Assembly: GCA_016215705.1 (NCBI GenBank)
Contig: JACRIR010000130.1
Location: forward strand, 1,456-65,455
DNA: 64,000 nucleotides
Source of the DNA: Candidatus Poribacteria bacterium
GTDB taxonomy: Bacteria; Abyssobacteria; SURF-5
Reading direction: 5' to 3'
Below the pieces are notes generated by a model. It was not told where the DNA came from and did not search any database. It was given only the letters and a program-made list of their open reading frames with translations. Shown here in pieces: positions 7,860 to 16,951 of this stretch (within the stretch, counting starts at the first letter, position 1; each line of letters begins with the position of its first letter). A program made the translations under genes and the position numbers.

Positions 7860-10475
7860 ATGATGGACAAGAAGGCTGAAAAGATACTCAATTCGCGGGC
7901 AAGGCTGCTCGATGGTCTTTCCCGTACAGAATCCCGCAAAGACGCGGAGGAAGGCGGCTGCGGCGTTGTCGGGTTCGCCTGCAACATCCCCGTCCGTGGC
8001 AAACACATCTATGAGCCCTCCTGCCAGATGCACAACAGGGGAAATGGAAAGGGAGGCGGGATTGCGGCGGTCGGCTTTGTGCCCGAGCAACTTGACGTGA
8101 GCCGCGAGGTTCTCGACTCGCACTATATGCTCCAGATCGGACTGCTCGATCCGACTGCCCGGACCGCTGTCGAAAAGGAATATGTTCTGCCTCATTTCGC
8201 CATAGCGAGCGCCGGCATGGTTCCGACGGTTGGCGACTATCGCGAAGTCGAGGGACTCGACGTCAGACCTCCCGACGTGCTCCGCTACTTTGTCAGGGTC
8301 AAGCCGGACGCACTCGATCAATTCATCCGCGAAAACAAGCTTGAGGCGCTCGAGCGGGACGACGCCGAAGACGAGTTCGTTCATCAGAACAGCTTCAAGT
8401 TGAACCGCGCGTACTACGCCTCGCTGGGCGACAAAAAGGCGTTTGTGCTGTCGCACGGCAAGAACATGATGATTCTGAAAATCGTGGGCTTCGCCGAAAA
8501 AGTGGCCCAATACTATCTGCTCGATGAGTTCAAGGCGCACTGCTGGATAGCGCATCAACGCTATCCCACCAAGGGGCGCGTTTGGCATCCTGGCGGCGCG
8601 CATCCGTTCATCGGGATGAACGAAGCGCTCGTGCACAACGGCGATTTCGCCAATTATCTTTCGGTCAGCGAATACCTCAAAATGCGCAACGTCTATCCGC
8701 TGTTTCTGACCGACACCGAGGTTTCCGTCCTGCTGTTCGACCTCTGGAAGCGCGTGTACGGATACCCGCTCGAGTACGTGATCGAGGCGATGGCGCCCAC
8801 AACCGAGTTGGATTTCGACCGGCTGCCTCCGGAGAAGCAGCGCGTCTATCGGCACATTCAGTCATCTCATATACATGGGTCGCCCGACGGCCCGTGGTTC
8901 TTCATCATCGCGCGAAACAATACGACTCAGAAGCAGTTCCAGCTTATCGGCATCACGGATACGGCGATGCTGCGGCCGCAGGTGTTTGCTCTCTCTAAAG
9001 GCGAAGTCGAGATCGGCCTGTGCTGTTCGGAGAAGCAGGCCATCGACGCCACGCTTCACTCACTGGCGGAGGAAGACCCTCGTTTCCATCCGATAGCGGA
9101 CAAATACTGGAACGCTCGCGGCGGGAGCCACACCGACGGCGGCGCCTTCATATTCACGCTTTCCGGCGACGGCGACGTGAAGAAGCTGACTTGCACCGAC
9201 AAATTCGGTTTCGAGGTGACGCTGCCATCGAACAAGAAGCATCGGAATAGGGGAGTCGAGGTTGCGACGCCGCAGGGCTCACACGAGTTGGCCGCTGAGA
9301 TCGACGAACTGGTCAAAGCGGGAGACGCCGACGCGCTTTTCGGTTGGTTGTCAGGAGGACTGCGCGTATGGCAGTATGACACGCTCGGATGCGCGCTGAA
9401 TAAAACTGTGCGCGCAGCCGGCGCAAACGACGAAAAGCGCACCACCGTTATCAAGGCGCTCACGCTTCTCAATGACCGCCGCTATCCCACGGGGGACAAG
9501 AAGCGGAGTTCGGTCCTCGAGCTTGTGAGGAGCGCGCTCAGGTCGGTCTTCGAGGGCTGTCTCCCTATCACAGCGGATGGGATATCGCGGTTCCGTTTCA
9601 TCGATTGGCATACGCGCCATCAACTGCGGGCGCCGCGTGACGGCGAGCAGACTCTCGTGCTCAACGCGGCCGGATTCAGCGCCGAAGGACCTTTGTGTCA
9701 TTCGCGCCTGTTCGTGGACGCATACCGCCTGGGCTGGAAGAGATTTATCGCGTACGGACTCAAGGGAGAGCGGTTTTCGGGCTGCGGTTTCGGGTCAGGG
9801 ACGGAAGGCGTGGTCATTGACTTATATGACAGCGTCGGCGATTACGTCGCCTCGGGAATCGACGGCATGGAGATTTACATCCACGGCAATGGCCAGGACC
9901 AACTGGCCCAGATAATCAAAGCCGGAAAGCTCGTTGTGTATGGGGACGTGGGGCAGACGTTCATGTATGGCGCCAAGGGCGGCGCCGTCTACGTAATGGG
10001 TAACGCCGCCGGGCGTCCTCTCATAAACGCAGTCGGAAAGCCACGCGTGATCATCAACGGCACGTGCCTCGACTTCCTGGCCGAATCGTTCATGGCCGGC
10101 GACGCGCTCAACGGAGGCGGTTTCGTGGTTCTCAATGGAATGGAGATTGACGACGACGGCAACGTTCATGAAATGCCCCTGCCTTATCCCGGCTCGAATT
10201 TGTTCTCTCTCGCATCAGGCGGCGCCATTTACGTGCGGGACCCGCGTCGTTGCGTGATCGACGAACAATTGAACGGCGGCGAGCTCGTTTCCATGACCGA
10301 GAAAGACTGGCGGCTGATCCTTCCCATGCTGGAGGAAAACGAGCGCCTCTTCGGCGTCTCGGTGAAAGAACACTTGCTCAAGGTCAACGGCCGGCCGATG
10401 CGCCCGGAAGACGTCTACCGCAAAGTTCGGCCTGTCAAGTTGGCGGTCCTGGCAAAGAAGGATGACACGGAATGA
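7860..10475 (+). CDS. Fused glutamine amidotransferase class-II domain + glutamate synthase GXGXG (alpha-subunit C-terminal) domain protein
   Basis: N-terminal part has GGCGVVGFAC and the Ntn amidotransferase fold motifs (HQRYPTKG, HNGDF). C-terminal part has GCGFGSGTEGVVIDLYDSVGDYVASGIDG...YGDVGQTFMYGAKGGAVYVMGNAAG, the GXGXG domain. Start taken at MMDKK (7860). Confidence 0.8.
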   Translation: MMDKKAEKILNSRARLLDGLSRTESRKDAEEGGCGVVGFACNIPVRGKHIYEPSCQMHNRGNGKGGGIAAVGFVPEQLDVSREVLDSHYMLQIGLLDPTARTAVEKEYVLPHFAIASAGMVPTVGDYREVEGLDVRPPDVLRYFVRVKPDALDQFIRENKLEALERDDAEDEFVHQNSFKLNRAYYASLGDKKAFVLSHGKNMMILKIVGFAEKVAQYYLLDEFKAHCWIAHQRYPTKGRVWHPGGAHPFIGMNEALVHNGDFANYLSVSEYLKMRNVYPLFLTDTEVSVLLFDLWKRVYGYPLEYVIEAMAPTTELDFDRLPPEKQRVYRHIQSSHIHGSPDGPWFFIIARNNTTQKQFQLIGITDTAMLRPQVFALSKGEVEIGLCCSEKQAIDATLHSLAEEDPRFHPIADKYWNARGGSHTDGGAFIFTLSGDGDVKKLTCTDKFGFEVTLPSNKKHRNRGVEVATPQGSHELAAEIDELVKAGDADALFGWLSGGLRVWQYDTLGCALNKTVRAAGANDEKRTTVIKALTLLNDRRYPTGDKKRSSVLELVRSALRSVFEGCLPITADGISRFRFIDWHTRHQLRAPRDGEQTLVLNAAGFSAEGPLCHSRLFVDAYRLGWKRFIAYGLKGERFSGCGFGSGTEGVVIDLYDSVGDYVASGIDGMEIYIHGNGQDQLAQIIKAGKLVVYGDVGQTFMYGAKGGAVYVMGNAAGRPLINAVGKPRVIINGTCLDFLAESFMAGDALNGGGFVVLNGMEIDDDGNVHEMPLPYPGSNLFSLASGGAIYVRDPRRCVIDEQLNGGELVSMTEKDWRLILPMLEENERLFGVSVKEHLLKVNGRPMRPEDVYRKVRPVKLAVLAKKDDTE

Positions 10476-10483
10476 ATTAGGGG

Positions 10484-10520
10484 CAAACGGGGAAAAGGGA
10501 AGCAAACCCGTTTGTTGTTT
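10484..10520 (+). terminator. Putative rho-independent terminator after the glt-like operon
   Basis: Hairpin CAAACGGG-gaaaagggaagcaaa-CCCGTTTG followed by TTGTTT. Confidence 0.5.
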
Positions 10521-10580
10521 CGTGTAGAATAGTTCCCGGGTTACGCCGCACTGTCATCGGGCGATATTCCGACAATAGCC

Positions 10581-10664
10581 GTCATTCTGCGCGAAACGAA
10601 GAAGCTACTGAAATGCAAAGGCTTCAAGACCGAAGACGAGATTCTTCGCTTCGCTCAGAATGAC
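10581..10664. repeat. MITE-like element with 25-bp terminal inverted repeats (GTCATTCTG[A/C]GCGAAGCGAAGAA[T]C family, here called REP-5)
   Basis: GTCATTCTGCGCGAAACGAAGAAGC ... GATTCTTCGCTTCGCTCAGAATGAC are near-perfect inverted arms. The same motif recurs at 21436, 31276 and 62495, with a partial copy at 26411-26458. Confidence 0.7.
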
Positions 10665-10782
10665 AATTTAATCTCCCTTTTTCGCTTTGTTCCTTTCGTT
10701 TTTCGTCTTCTTTTGCTTTTTCTCTTTTTGATCTTTCCTTCTCATGAAGCTTGCATGATTTCTCTCCGCCCGTTAGAATATC

Positions 10783-11445
10783 GTGACAATGAAGACGCGA
10801 CTGTGCCGGATCATTGATTTGGGGCTCTGCTCCTTCGAGGAAGCGTACTCGCTTCAGAAGAAGGTCGTTCAGTCGAAAATCGGCGGATCGACTGAAGACA
10901 CGCTCATACTTGTCGAGCATCTTCCTATTATCACCATGGGACGCCGGGGCCGCTTCGAACATGTCTGCGCACCACCTGAGAGGTTGAAGGCAGAAGGAAT
11001 AGAGGTGCAAAGCACGGACAGGGGCGGGGATGTAACCTATCACGGTCCGGGCCAACTCGTCGGATATCCCATAATCGATCTGAGGGCTCACAAACAGGAT
11101 GTCGACTGGATTCTCAGGCAGTTGGAGGCTGTCATCATCAGTTCGCTCAAACGCTTGAATATCGACGCCTGCGCGATACCCGGGCTGACGGGCGTGTGGG
11201 TGGGCGGCGCCAAGATAGCGGCTATTGGAATCGGTGTCAGCCATTGGATAACGTTTCACGGGTTCGCCCTCAACGTTGACCCTCGCATGAAACATTTCGA
11301 TCTCATTATTCCTTGCGGACTCAAGAACAAGCCTGTCACGTGCTTGCGCGACGTGCTCCGTGATATGCCTTCGATGGGCGGTGTGAAGCAGATCATCATC
11401 GAGAGCTTTTGCGAAACCTTCGGTTTGGAGCGGATTTGCGCTTGA
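10783..11445 (+). CDS. lipB: Octanoyltransferase (lipoyl(octanoyl) transferase)
   Basis: LILVEHLPIITMGRRG...GGDVTYHGPGQLVGYPI...KIAAIGIGVS matches the LipB catalytic region. Confidence 0.88.
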   Translation: MTMKTRLCRIIDLGLCSFEEAYSLQKKVVQSKIGGSTEDTLILVEHLPIITMGRRGRFEHVCAPPERLKAEGIEVQSTDRGGDVTYHGPGQLVGYPIIDLRAHKQDVDWILRQLEAVIISSLKRLNIDACAIPGLTGVWVGGAKIAAIGIGVSHWITFHGFALNVDPRMKHFDLIIPCGLKNKPVTCLRDVLRDMPSMGGVKQIIIESFCETFGLERICA

Positions 11446-11474
11446 TTTTCCCCACTTTTCACGTTATTATATGA

Positions 11475-12605
11475 GTGAGTTTGCATATGAAAACTGAAAA
11501 CGCGATGCTCCCTAAATTAGGCGATATTCTCGAGCAGATGGTACTGGTCCGGGCCTCCGACTGCTACCTGAAGGTGGGGGAAAAACCGTTCTTTCGCGTG
11601 AACGGCAGGATACAAAAGCACAAGTTCAGCACGGTTACAGACGAGGACATGGCGTCGTACATGCGAACAGTGATGACTGATTTCCAGAGTGAACGCTTCG
11701 CGAAGGACCCGGATCTCGACCTGGCTTACGACACGAAAGAGGGGCAGAGATTCAGAGTTAACGTGTTCAGGCAGCGCGGCCACATCGGCATGGTCATTCG
11801 ACTCATTCCCTCCGAGAACCTCAGCTTCGATTTTCTCCTGCTGCCTTCCGTCGTGAGAGAATTTGCCGAATTGCCACGAGGGCTCATCATCGTTTCCGGC
11901 GCGACCGGCAGCGGGAAAACGACCACCCTGGCCGCCATGATCGACCACATAAACAGCAACTTCCACAGGCACATTGTCACGATTGAGGACCCTATCGAGT
12001 TCATCCACTACAACAAGAAAAGCATCATAAATCAGCGAGAGGTGGGCTTCGACACGAATTCATTCGCCGATGCTCTGAAACACGTGGTCAGACAAAGCCC
12101 TGACGTTGTCCTTATAGGCGAAATGAGAGACCTGGAAACGATGCTCGTTGCGCTTTCCGCCGCGCAGACGGGTCACCTCGTCCTCACGACTCTCCATAAC
12201 ATCGACACCGCCCAGACACTCGACAGAATCATCAACTATTTCCCGGAATACATGAGACATCAGGTGAGACTCGAGTTGTCTCTGTGCCTCATGGGGGTTG
12301 TCTGCATGCGCCTTATTCCTCGCAAGGACGGCCGAGGCCGTGTCCCGGCAGTCGAAGTCATGCGCGCAACGCCGCTGATAAGAAAGCTGCTCCTCGAGGG
12401 CAACACCAAGGGGATACCGGACTACATAAAAGAGGGGCGCGAATTCGGAATGCAGACTTTCAACCAGGCGCTGCTCGATCTCTTCCAGAAGGGCCTGGTC
12501 AGTTATGAAGACGCCCTGCTTAACGCCTCAAATCCGGACGAGTTCAAACTCAACGCGCAAGGGATGTTCACGGGCACGGATTCCTTGAGGGCACGAGAGT
12601 TCTAA
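11475..12605 (+). CDS. pilT: Type IV pilus retraction ATPase PilT
   Basis: Walker A GATGSGKTTTLAAM, Asp box IEDPIEF, Walker B DVVLIGEMRD and His box GHLVLTTLH. Confidence 0.88.
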   Translation: MSLHMKTENAMLPKLGDILEQMVLVRASDCYLKVGEKPFFRVNGRIQKHKFSTVTDEDMASYMRTVMTDFQSERFAKDPDLDLAYDTKEGQRFRVNVFRQRGHIGMVIRLIPSENLSFDFLLLPSVVREFAELPRGLIIVSGATGSGKTTTLAAMIDHINSNFHRHIVTIEDPIEFIHYNKKSIINQREVGFDTNSFADALKHVVRQSPDVVLIGEMRDLETMLVALSAAQTGHLVLTTLHNIDTAQTLDRIINYFPEYMRHQVRLELSLCLMGVVCMRLIPRKDGRGRVPAVEVMRATPLIRKLLLEGNTKGIPDYIKEGREFGMQTFNQALLDLFQKGLVSYEDALLNASNPDEFKLNAQGMFTGTDSLRAREF

Positions 12606-12623
12606 CCGCACGAGGAGGGAAAT

Positions 12624-13727
12624 ATGGAAGTTCAGCATTCTGAGCCAATGATCCCGGAGACGTTGAAAACGGATGCCCGCGCCGACATGAAGAATCTTTT
12701 CGACCTGGTCATGGTCCGAAAGGCCTCCGATCTGCTGTTAACTGCGGGTGCGCCGCCATTGCTCAGAATCAACGGCGAACTCAAGGCGACCGAATATCCC
12801 GAGATGACACCCGACGAAAACAAGAGGCTCGTCTACAGCATTCTTACCGACAAACAGAGGGAGAAATTCGAGGAAACACGCGAACTCGATATGTCCATCG
12901 GAGTCACCGGCGGACACCGTTTCAGGGTCAACGTCTACATGCAAAAGGGCTGCGTCACCGCAGCGCTCAGGGCGATCGCCGAGCAGATACCGACACTCGA
13001 AGAACTCGGCTTACCCAAGATAATCGCGAAGTTGGCGTTCAGGCCGCAAGGATTGATCCTGGTTACCGGACCCACCGGCCACGGGAAGACCACGACCCAG
13101 GCCGCGATGCTCGACCTCATTAACTCGCACAAACGCTGTCACATCATCACCGTGGAAGACCCCATCGAGTACGTGCACCACCATAAGAAGTCGGTTATCG
13201 ACCAGCGCGAGATCGGGAGCGACACGCTTTCCTTCCCGGCGGCTCTCAAGTATGTCCTGCGGCAGGACCCGGACGTAATACTCATCGGAGAAATGCGCGA
13301 CCTCGAGACCATCTCCTCGGCGCTCACCGCCGCCGAGACCGGCCACCTCGTCATAGCCACCCTTCATACTAACGACGCCATTCAGACGGTTGACCGCATC
13401 GTGGACGTCTTTCCCTCGAGCCAGCAGCAGCAAATCCGGATGCAGCTCGCCCTCAGTATGCTCGCCGTCGTTTCGCAACGCCTGCTTCCCCGCGCGAACG
13501 GGAAAGGCCGCGTGCTCGCCGCCGAAATACTCAGAAACAACTCGGCCGTCGGGAATCTTGTTCGTGAGGCCAAGACCCATCAGATTTACAGCATCATGGA
13601 GACCCACTCGAAAGACGGGATGATTACGCTCGATTCGTCCATCAAACAGCTCTATCTCCGGGGCATCATTTCGTATGACGTCGCGGTCAATCACGTGCGC
13701 AATCCGCAAAGCATAGCAAACGCGTAA
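12624..13727 (+). CDS. pilU: PilT/PilU-family twitching-motility ATPase (second paralog)
   Basis: GPTGHGKTTTQAAM, VEDPIEYVH, DVILIGEMRD, GHLVIATLH. Tandem to pilT as in many Proteobacteria. Confidence 0.8.
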   Translation: MEVQHSEPMIPETLKTDARADMKNLFDLVMVRKASDLLLTAGAPPLLRINGELKATEYPEMTPDENKRLVYSILTDKQREKFEETRELDMSIGVTGGHRFRVNVYMQKGCVTAALRAIAEQIPTLEELGLPKIIAKLAFRPQGLILVTGPTGHGKTTTQAAMLDLINSHKRCHIITVEDPIEYVHHHKKSVIDQREIGSDTLSFPAALKYVLRQDPDVILIGEMRDLETISSALTAAETGHLVIATLHTNDAIQTVDRIVDVFPSSQQQQIRMQLALSMLAVVSQRLLPRANGKGRVLAAEILRNNSAVGNLVREAKTHQIYSIMETHSKDGMITLDSSIKQLYLRGIISYDVAVNHVRNPQSIANA

Positions 13728-13747
13728 TCACAGGGAATCCAAAATAC

Positions 13748-13800
13748 GCACTTGACAGTCCCCTCTTTTTGTGGTATATGTATACTTGAGCATTTGTTCA
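13748..13800 (+). promoter_or_regulatory. Candidate sigma70 promoter with overlapping ArsR/SmtB-type operator
   Basis: TTGACA-17-TATATG, followed by the imperfect inverted repeat TTGAGCAtttGTTCAA just upstream of the arsR-family gene. Confidence 0.45.
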
Positions 13801-13817
13801 ACTGAAGGAGCACGCGA

Positions 13818-14192
13818 ATGCCGCGCAGAACGACGGTCACCAGAGAAGACGATATCTGCGAAGTCGAGTTCGTGAACAAGGAATCCGTGAACGCCGTTCG
13901 CGGCCGCATGCCCGACGCCTCGACCATTGAGGACCTGGCGGAGATTTTCAAGGTTCTCGGGGACCCCACCCGCCTTCGCATAGTCTCCGCGCTTGCCGTC
14001 AAGGAACTATGCGTGTGCGATGTTGCAAATCTTCTGGGAACGAGCATATCCGCCGTTTCACATCAACTCAGGGTCCTCCGGAACCTGAAGCTTGTCAAGC
14101 ACAGGAAAGACGGGAAGATGGTCTATTATTCCCTTGACGATGAATGTGTTGAGACTTTGCTTAAAGAGGGGCTCAAGCACATAGAGGAGTGA
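13818..14192 (+). CDS. ArsR/SmtB-family metalloregulatory transcriptional repressor
   Basis: Winged-HTH LGDPTRLRIVSALAVKELCVCDVANLLGTSISAVSHQLRVL with the Cys pair in alpha3 typical of metal sensors. Directly upstream of the P1B ATPase. Confidence 0.85.
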   Translation: MPRRTTVTREDDICEVEFVNKESVNAVRGRMPDASTIEDLAEIFKVLGDPTRLRIVSALAVKELCVCDVANLLGTSISAVSHQLRVLRNLKLVKHRKDGKMVYYSLDDECVETLLKEGLKHIEE

Positions 14193-14238
14193 TTTTCTTT
14201 TTGCGCACAAGCTTGAACGATTGCTCAAGTGTGGTCAT

Positions 14239-14274
14239 ATTTGGGGACACCATGTGGCATGGCGTCCCCGAATT
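14239..14274. repeat. REP-1 palindromic repeat copy
   Basis: ATTTGGGGACACCATGTGGCATGGCGTCCCCGAATT. Confidence 0.75.
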
Positions 14275-14317
14275 AAGGGCGCCAGGCATTTTCTGGAATG
14301 AAGAGATTTGAACACAA

Positions 14318-16708
14318 TTGAGTAAGAGGAAGGTGGGTTCGCAAGGGGGATACGCTATGATCGATCACGCGGTGGCAGAAATAGAGATAAGAGTGAACGG
14401 GATGGACTGCCCGTCGTGCGCCGAAAAAATTGAGAAGGCAGTAGCGGGGATGGAAGGGGTGGAGGGAGCTGCCATAAACTTCGCAGGCGGCAAGCTGACT
14501 GTCAGGCTTGTGGAGGGGAAGGCAAGCGTGGCCAAGATTGAAGAGCAGATACAGAATCTCGGCTTCCAGGTAGGGAAGGCGGCGGGCGAAGTAACGGAGA
14601 AGTTTCACGTCGAGGGAATGGATTGTCCGGATGAATCCACGCTGATCGAAAAAAAGCTTGCTGAACTTAAAGGAGTGACGAGCTTCAAGTTCAACTTGCT
14701 GTCGGCGGAAGTCATCGTTTCCTACGACAGTCGCACCGTCAGCCGCGACAAAATTATGGGCGCAATCGCGGAAACGGGCATGAAGGCGATGCTGGTGGGA
14801 GAGTCGGCCTCGGTCAGTGCGAAAGCCAGTCAGCGCAGCCACATGATCGTCACCCTGGTGTCCGGCATACTCATCGCGACGGGTTTTGCTCTGTCCCGCT
14901 CCGGCTTGTCCGAGTGGTTCGCCACCGCTCTTTACTTTTTCGCAATGATTGTCGGCGGATTTCACATTGCGAGGAAGGCCGTTTATTCCGTACGGAATCT
15001 TACGTTCGACATGAATTTTCTTATGGCGACGGCTGTGGTTGGGGCGGCTTCTATTGGCGAGTGGCTGGAAGGAGCTTCGGTCGTTTTCCTCTTCTCGTTG
15101 GCCCAGTATCTTGAAATGCACAGCATGGACAGAGCGCGCAACGCCATACAGTCGCTGATGAAACTGGCTCCCGACAACGCGCTCGTCCGGCGCGGGGAGA
15201 AGGAAGTCGTCGTGCCGGTGAGCGAAGTCGAGTTGGGAGAAACGTTTGTCATTCGCCCCGGAGACAAGGTTCCGCTCGACGGGAAAGTTCTCAGCGGCCT
15301 GAGCGCCGTGAACCAGGCGCCCATCACGGGCGAATCCGCGCCGGCGGTAAAAAAGCGTGGCGACACTGTTTTTGCAGGCACCATCAATGGCGACGGTTCT
15401 CTTGTGGTGAAGGCCACGCATAGGGCGGACGATACGACTCTTGCCCGCATAATCCACATGGTTGAAGAAGCTCAGGCGCAAAGGGCGCCCATGCAGAACT
15501 TTGTCGATACTTTCGCAAAGTACTACACTCCGGCGGTGATAAGCCTTGCGGCCCTGGTTGTCATTCTGCCTCCGCTCGCATTAGGCCAACCATTTGCAAC
15601 GTGGCTCTATCGGGGACTTGTTCTGCTTGTCATTTCGTGTCCCTGCGCGCTTGTCATCTCGACGCCGGTGTCCATTGTATCGGGTCTGGCGAGCGCAGCG
15701 CGGCATGGTGTGCTCATAAAGGGTGGCATCTATCTCGAGAAGGCGGGCTCCCTCAAGGCTATCGCCTTTGATAAGACCGGCACGCTCACCATCGGACATC
15801 CGTGCGTAAAGGAGATCATCTCACTCGACAGCCGCCCGGCGGAAGACGTGCTCGGCATCGCCGCCGCCATCGAGGGGCACTCCGAGCATCACCTGGGTCG
15901 TTCGATCGTGGAGGAAGCATGTCGCCGAGGAATCCCAGCGCGCCGCATCGAGTCATTTCAGGCGATTCCCGGCAAAGGCGCCTGCGCCGCCATCGACGGC
16001 GAAACCTATTATGTGGGCAGCCATAGGCTGTTCGAGGAAATGCAATTCTGCACACCCGAGCTCGATAAGCGGATGGAGAATCTCGAGAAGGAGACGCGCA
16101 CGCTCGTGCTCGTGGGGAACAAGTCTGCGCCGCTCGGCGTCATCGTAATGATTGACGCGGTTCGCAAGAGTTCCAGGGACGCGCTCAGGCTGCTTCGTGA
16201 AACGGGCATACACAAAATGATAATGCTCACGGGCGACAACAAGGGCACTGCGGCCGCGATAGCGAAGGAATTGGATATCGAATATCGCGCAGAGCTTCTC
16301 CCGCAGGACAAGGTCACTACCATGCACGAGCTCGTGGAACGGCACGGACACGTGGCGATGGTCGGTGACGGCGTCAATGACGCGCCCGCGATGGCCGCAT
16401 CCACGATCGGCGTCGCCATGGGAACCGCCGGCACTGACACCGCGCTCGAGACTGCCGACATTGCGCTCATGGCCGACGACCTGCTCAAGCTGCCGTTTGC
16501 GATTTGTCTGAGCCGCAAGACCCTCTCGGTCATCCGGCAGAATATCGCTCTCTCGATAGCCATAAAACTCGTATTCCTGGCCCTTGCGATCCCCGGCATG
16601 GCGACGCTTTGGATGGCCGTTTTCGCGGACATGGGCGCATCTCTCCTCGTCACCTTCAACGGTATGCGACTTTTCGCCGTCAAAGAGACCCTTCGCTGCA
16701 CGGAGTAA
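14318..16708 (+). CDS. Heavy-metal (Cd/Zn/Pb-type) translocating P1B-type ATPase
   Basis: Two HMA domains (GMDCPSCAEK, GMDCPDEST), the CPC motif in TM6 (SCPCALVIS), DKTGTLT phosphorylation site and GDGVNDAP hinge. Confidence 0.9.
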   Translation: MSKRKVGSQGGYAMIDHAVAEIEIRVNGMDCPSCAEKIEKAVAGMEGVEGAAINFAGGKLTVRLVEGKASVAKIEEQIQNLGFQVGKAAGEVTEKFHVEGMDCPDESTLIEKKLAELKGVTSFKFNLLSAEVIVSYDSRTVSRDKIMGAIAETGMKAMLVGESASVSAKASQRSHMIVTLVSGILIATGFALSRSGLSEWFATALYFFAMIVGGFHIARKAVYSVRNLTFDMNFLMATAVVGAASIGEWLEGASVVFLFSLAQYLEMHSMDRARNAIQSLMKLAPDNALVRRGEKEVVVPVSEVELGETFVIRPGDKVPLDGKVLSGLSAVNQAPITGESAPAVKKRGDTVFAGTINGDGSLVVKATHRADDTTLARIIHMVEEAQAQRAPMQNFVDTFAKYYTPAVISLAALVVILPPLALGQPFATWLYRGLVLLVISCPCALVISTPVSIVSGLASAARHGVLIKGGIYLEKAGSLKAIAFDKTGTLTIGHPCVKEIISLDSRPAEDVLGIAAAIEGHSEHHLGRSIVEEACRRGIPARRIESFQAIPGKGACAAIDGETYYVGSHRLFEEMQFCTPELDKRMENLEKETRTLVLVGNKSAPLGVIVMIDAVRKSSRDALRLLRETGIHKMIMLTGDNKGTAAAIAKELDIEYRAELLPQDKVTTMHELVERHGHVAMVGDGVNDAPAMAASTIGVAMGTAGTDTALETADIALMADDLLKLPFAICLSRKTLSVIRQNIALSIAIKLVFLALAIPGMATLWMAVFADMGASLLVTFNGMRLFAVKETLRCTE

Positions 16709-16951
16709 TCCTTGTGCTCCTTTCGGGTATTCTTCCCGGCGCCTTCCCGCGTCTCCCGCATTGAACGATTGGTTTCGGGTTTGCGGAAGATTGCAAAAGA
16801 CCGGCCTGTTCAAATATAATTGTTCGACGTATTGGACGGATTCGCGGTACAAGTAGGCATGGTCGAACGAATTCGACACTGCGGGATGCCACAAGCGTAT
16901 TGTGGGCGCGAATTCATCCGCACGGAATGCTCTTGAGGATGTAAGGACCAA

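Noticed and set aside
7848-8855. 335-aa minus-strand ORF
   Set aside because: Antisense to the GATase domain of the 883-aa glutamate-synthase-like gene.
10624-11295. 223-aa minus-strand ORF
   Set aside because: Antisense to lipB; it begins inside the REP-5 element and has no domain signature.
14273-15481. 402-aa minus-strand ORF
   Set aside because: Entirely antisense to the heavy-metal ATPase; low-complexity Arg/His-rich translation.
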